Source: Eledone cirrhosa
Lineage: Eukaryota
DNA length: 64,000 nt
Assembly (NCBI GenBank): GCA_964016885.1
Contig: OZ024740.1
Coordinates: forward strand, 157,046,001 to 157,110,000
Direction of reading: 5' to 3'
Below are positions 61,919 to 64,000 of this stretch, piece by piece. The translations under genes were made by a program, and so were the position numbers. The notes below the pieces were generated by a model that was given only the letters and a program-made list of their open reading frames with translations, did not search any database and was not told the origin of the DNA. Within the stretch, counting starts at the first letter, position 1. The number at the start of each line of letters is the position of its first letter.

Positions 61919-62136
61919 TTTGTCATAATCTTTTAAGTCTTCTGTTTGGATTCTTTTTTATTTATTTCTAGAGCAATATCTCATTAGATATTCTTTTTAT
62001 TTTATCCTTTTCTTTTGTAACTCCCTATCAATTAAGTGGCGACTGTATTGTGAGTATTATTTGCCATCATGTTGAAAGTAATCTTCAATTTGAAAGCAGC
62101 CCTCAAACTTTTAGAGGAAACACAAATGTGGAAAAG

Positions 62137-62307
62137 TACTGTATTTCCCGGCGCCGAAGACGCTTCGTCCTCGAAGACGCACCCTAATTTTGACAACCAA
62201 AAATTTGAAAAAAAATAATAAACAACCTTCGGCCTCCAGGACGCATGGTAGTTTTTGAGACTTATTTTAGGGAAAGAGTAGCGTCTTCGACGTCGGGAAA
62301 TACGGCA
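62137..62307. mobile_element. Tc1/mariner-superfamily MITE
   Basis: TIRs tactgtatttcccggcgccgaagacgc / gcgtcttcgacgtcgggaaatacggca. Confidence 0.75.
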
Positions 62308-62383
62308 ATTCTTATTGAAGCATTGATAAATAAGAATGAGATAATTTACTATATTTCATACTTTCAACCTGTAATCATTTCAG

Positions 62384-62478
62384 GACCATGTTGATCGTGT
62401 TAATTCCATAGCGACATTCGGTTATGGCGCTTCACTTTTGTCATTGAGTGCAGCTATCATAATAATGATTTCTTGTAG
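62384..62478 (+). CDS. Class B1 GPCR exon: transmembrane helix 1
   Basis: tttcag acceptor and gtgagt donor; phase 0 to 2; DHVDRVNSIATFGYGASLLSLSAAIIIMISC(R/S) has the GYxxSLxSL TM1 motif. Confidence 0.92.
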
Positions 62479-62509
62479 GTGAGTATAACATTTTATGTAT
62501 GTATGTATC

Positions 62510-62818
62510 TTCTTCTGGTTTTATAATTTCACAATTTTTTTTCTCCCAATAGAGAGAGAGTCGGTTTCTAACATAGACACAAGACTCTCTCATTGGAATT
62601 TACACATCAACTAGGTAGATTATGTCTGCATGCATGTGTAGATATGGATGTTATTGTATGTGTGGATGTGGATGTTTTGAATTGTATGTGTGCATGTGTA
62701 TATGCTTTGTATCTGTAAATGTGTATATGCAGTTATTAGATGCAAAATTTTAGAATGTTTTACATATTTTTACTGTTCCATTAATGGATTGTACTTGTAA
62801 TTTCCTAACTAGTTGTGT
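62510..62818 (-). mobile_element. 3'-terminal fragment of the same R4/Dong family as 14176-18261
   Basis: Reverse complement of ~17947-18261; (TATG)n on both sides. Confidence 0.9.
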
Positions 62819-63130
62819 ATGTATGCGTGTATGTATGTATGTGTGCATGTATGTATGTATATATTCTTGTATGCACGTTTCATATTTGTGTGTTCGGTTT
62901 CATTAAATGCTAGCACAGCTGATACATAAATATATACATTTAATATATATATACACACATATATATACACACACCTATATATACATATACATATGTACGT
63001 TTGGGTTATTCGAATATTAATAAATAATATTCGAACCGTTGGTAAACAAACGGCCCAATTAAAGCTGTGCGGTGCCGATCACAAATTATCAGTATGGCAC
63101 AGCCTTAATCGGGCCGTTTGTTTACAAACG

Positions 63131-63175
63131 AATCGAATATTATTATTAATATTCGATATAACTCATACGTACATA

Positions 63176-63246
<71 letters not shown>

Positions 63247-63504
63247 CTACATATGCATACTTATATAAATATATGTATATATAATTTTTTACAAAATTAT
63301 TACTTAAAACATACAATCCAGAAGAATAGGAATAACATTTATTGCATAACAGTGACACGTGTTTCATTGATGTTACATGTCAATGAACACGTGTCACTGT
63401 TATGTAATAACTGTTATTACTACTCTTCTGGATTGGATGTTTTAAGTAATAATTTTGTAAAAATGTATATATACATATATATATATATATAAGTATGCAT
63501 ATGT

Positions 63505-63579
<75 letters not shown>

Positions 63580-63624
63580 TATGTACGTATGAGTTATATC
63601 GAATATTAATAATAATATTCGATT
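63131..63624. repeat. ~490 bp fold-back centred near 63375, retaining a hammerhead 3' half
   Basis: Arms are reverse complements, including internal microsatellites; minus-strand GAAA-cacgtg-TC at 63354-63365. Confidence 0.88.
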
Positions 63625-63727
63625 TGTGATGTTTTAAATAATAATTTAGTAAATTTTATATACTCTGTAAATTGTTACGCATGGTAGCTTGAGTGGAACT
63701 ACCACATAATTTACCAAATGAAATAAT

Positions 63728-63783
<56 letters not shown>

Positions 63784-64000
63784 AAAAGAGTCAGGACCCC
63801 GACGGCTGAGCTCCGGCCGTTCCGACAACTACATCCGAACTCAATATTTTCTTTGTTTTAAAGGCTATTTCTCTCTCTCTATCACTCATTTCTGCTCCTC
63901 TCTCATCCTTTCTTCTTATACTCCTCCCCCATCAGCCTTTTCTTTCTTCCTCTTCCTTACCTTTTCCTACCCCCCCCCCCCTTTTTTCCCAATCTCATAT

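Overview
AT-rich, microsatellite-saturated animal genomic DNA. The SINE and repeat style suggests a cephalopod (octopus-like), which is an inference. The only host gene I can support is a + strand class B1 (secretin-family, calcitonin/CGRP/DH31-receptor-like) GPCR. It has three in-phase exons at 54594-54707, 59132-59244 and 62384-62478; its other exons were not found. The rest is transposon-derived: R4/Dong-type RLE LINEs (one near full length at 14.2-18.3 kb), RTE and CR1/L2-type fragments, tRNA-derived SINEs, Tc1/mariner MITEs and several Penelope-like element (PLE) fragments (RT and GIY-YIG). The main hidden signal is 16 hand-folded complete type I hammerhead ribozyme (HHR) motifs from about 7 sequence families. 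Most lie in outward-facing inverted repeats inserted in (TA)n tracts. They include a ~1 kb tandem retrozyme-like array, a U3-A8 core covariant, a U4A core variant attached to a PLE, and a long-stem-II form. Most long ORFs in the track are microsatellite artefacts. All folds and alignments were done by eye, and many repeat boundaries are approximate.
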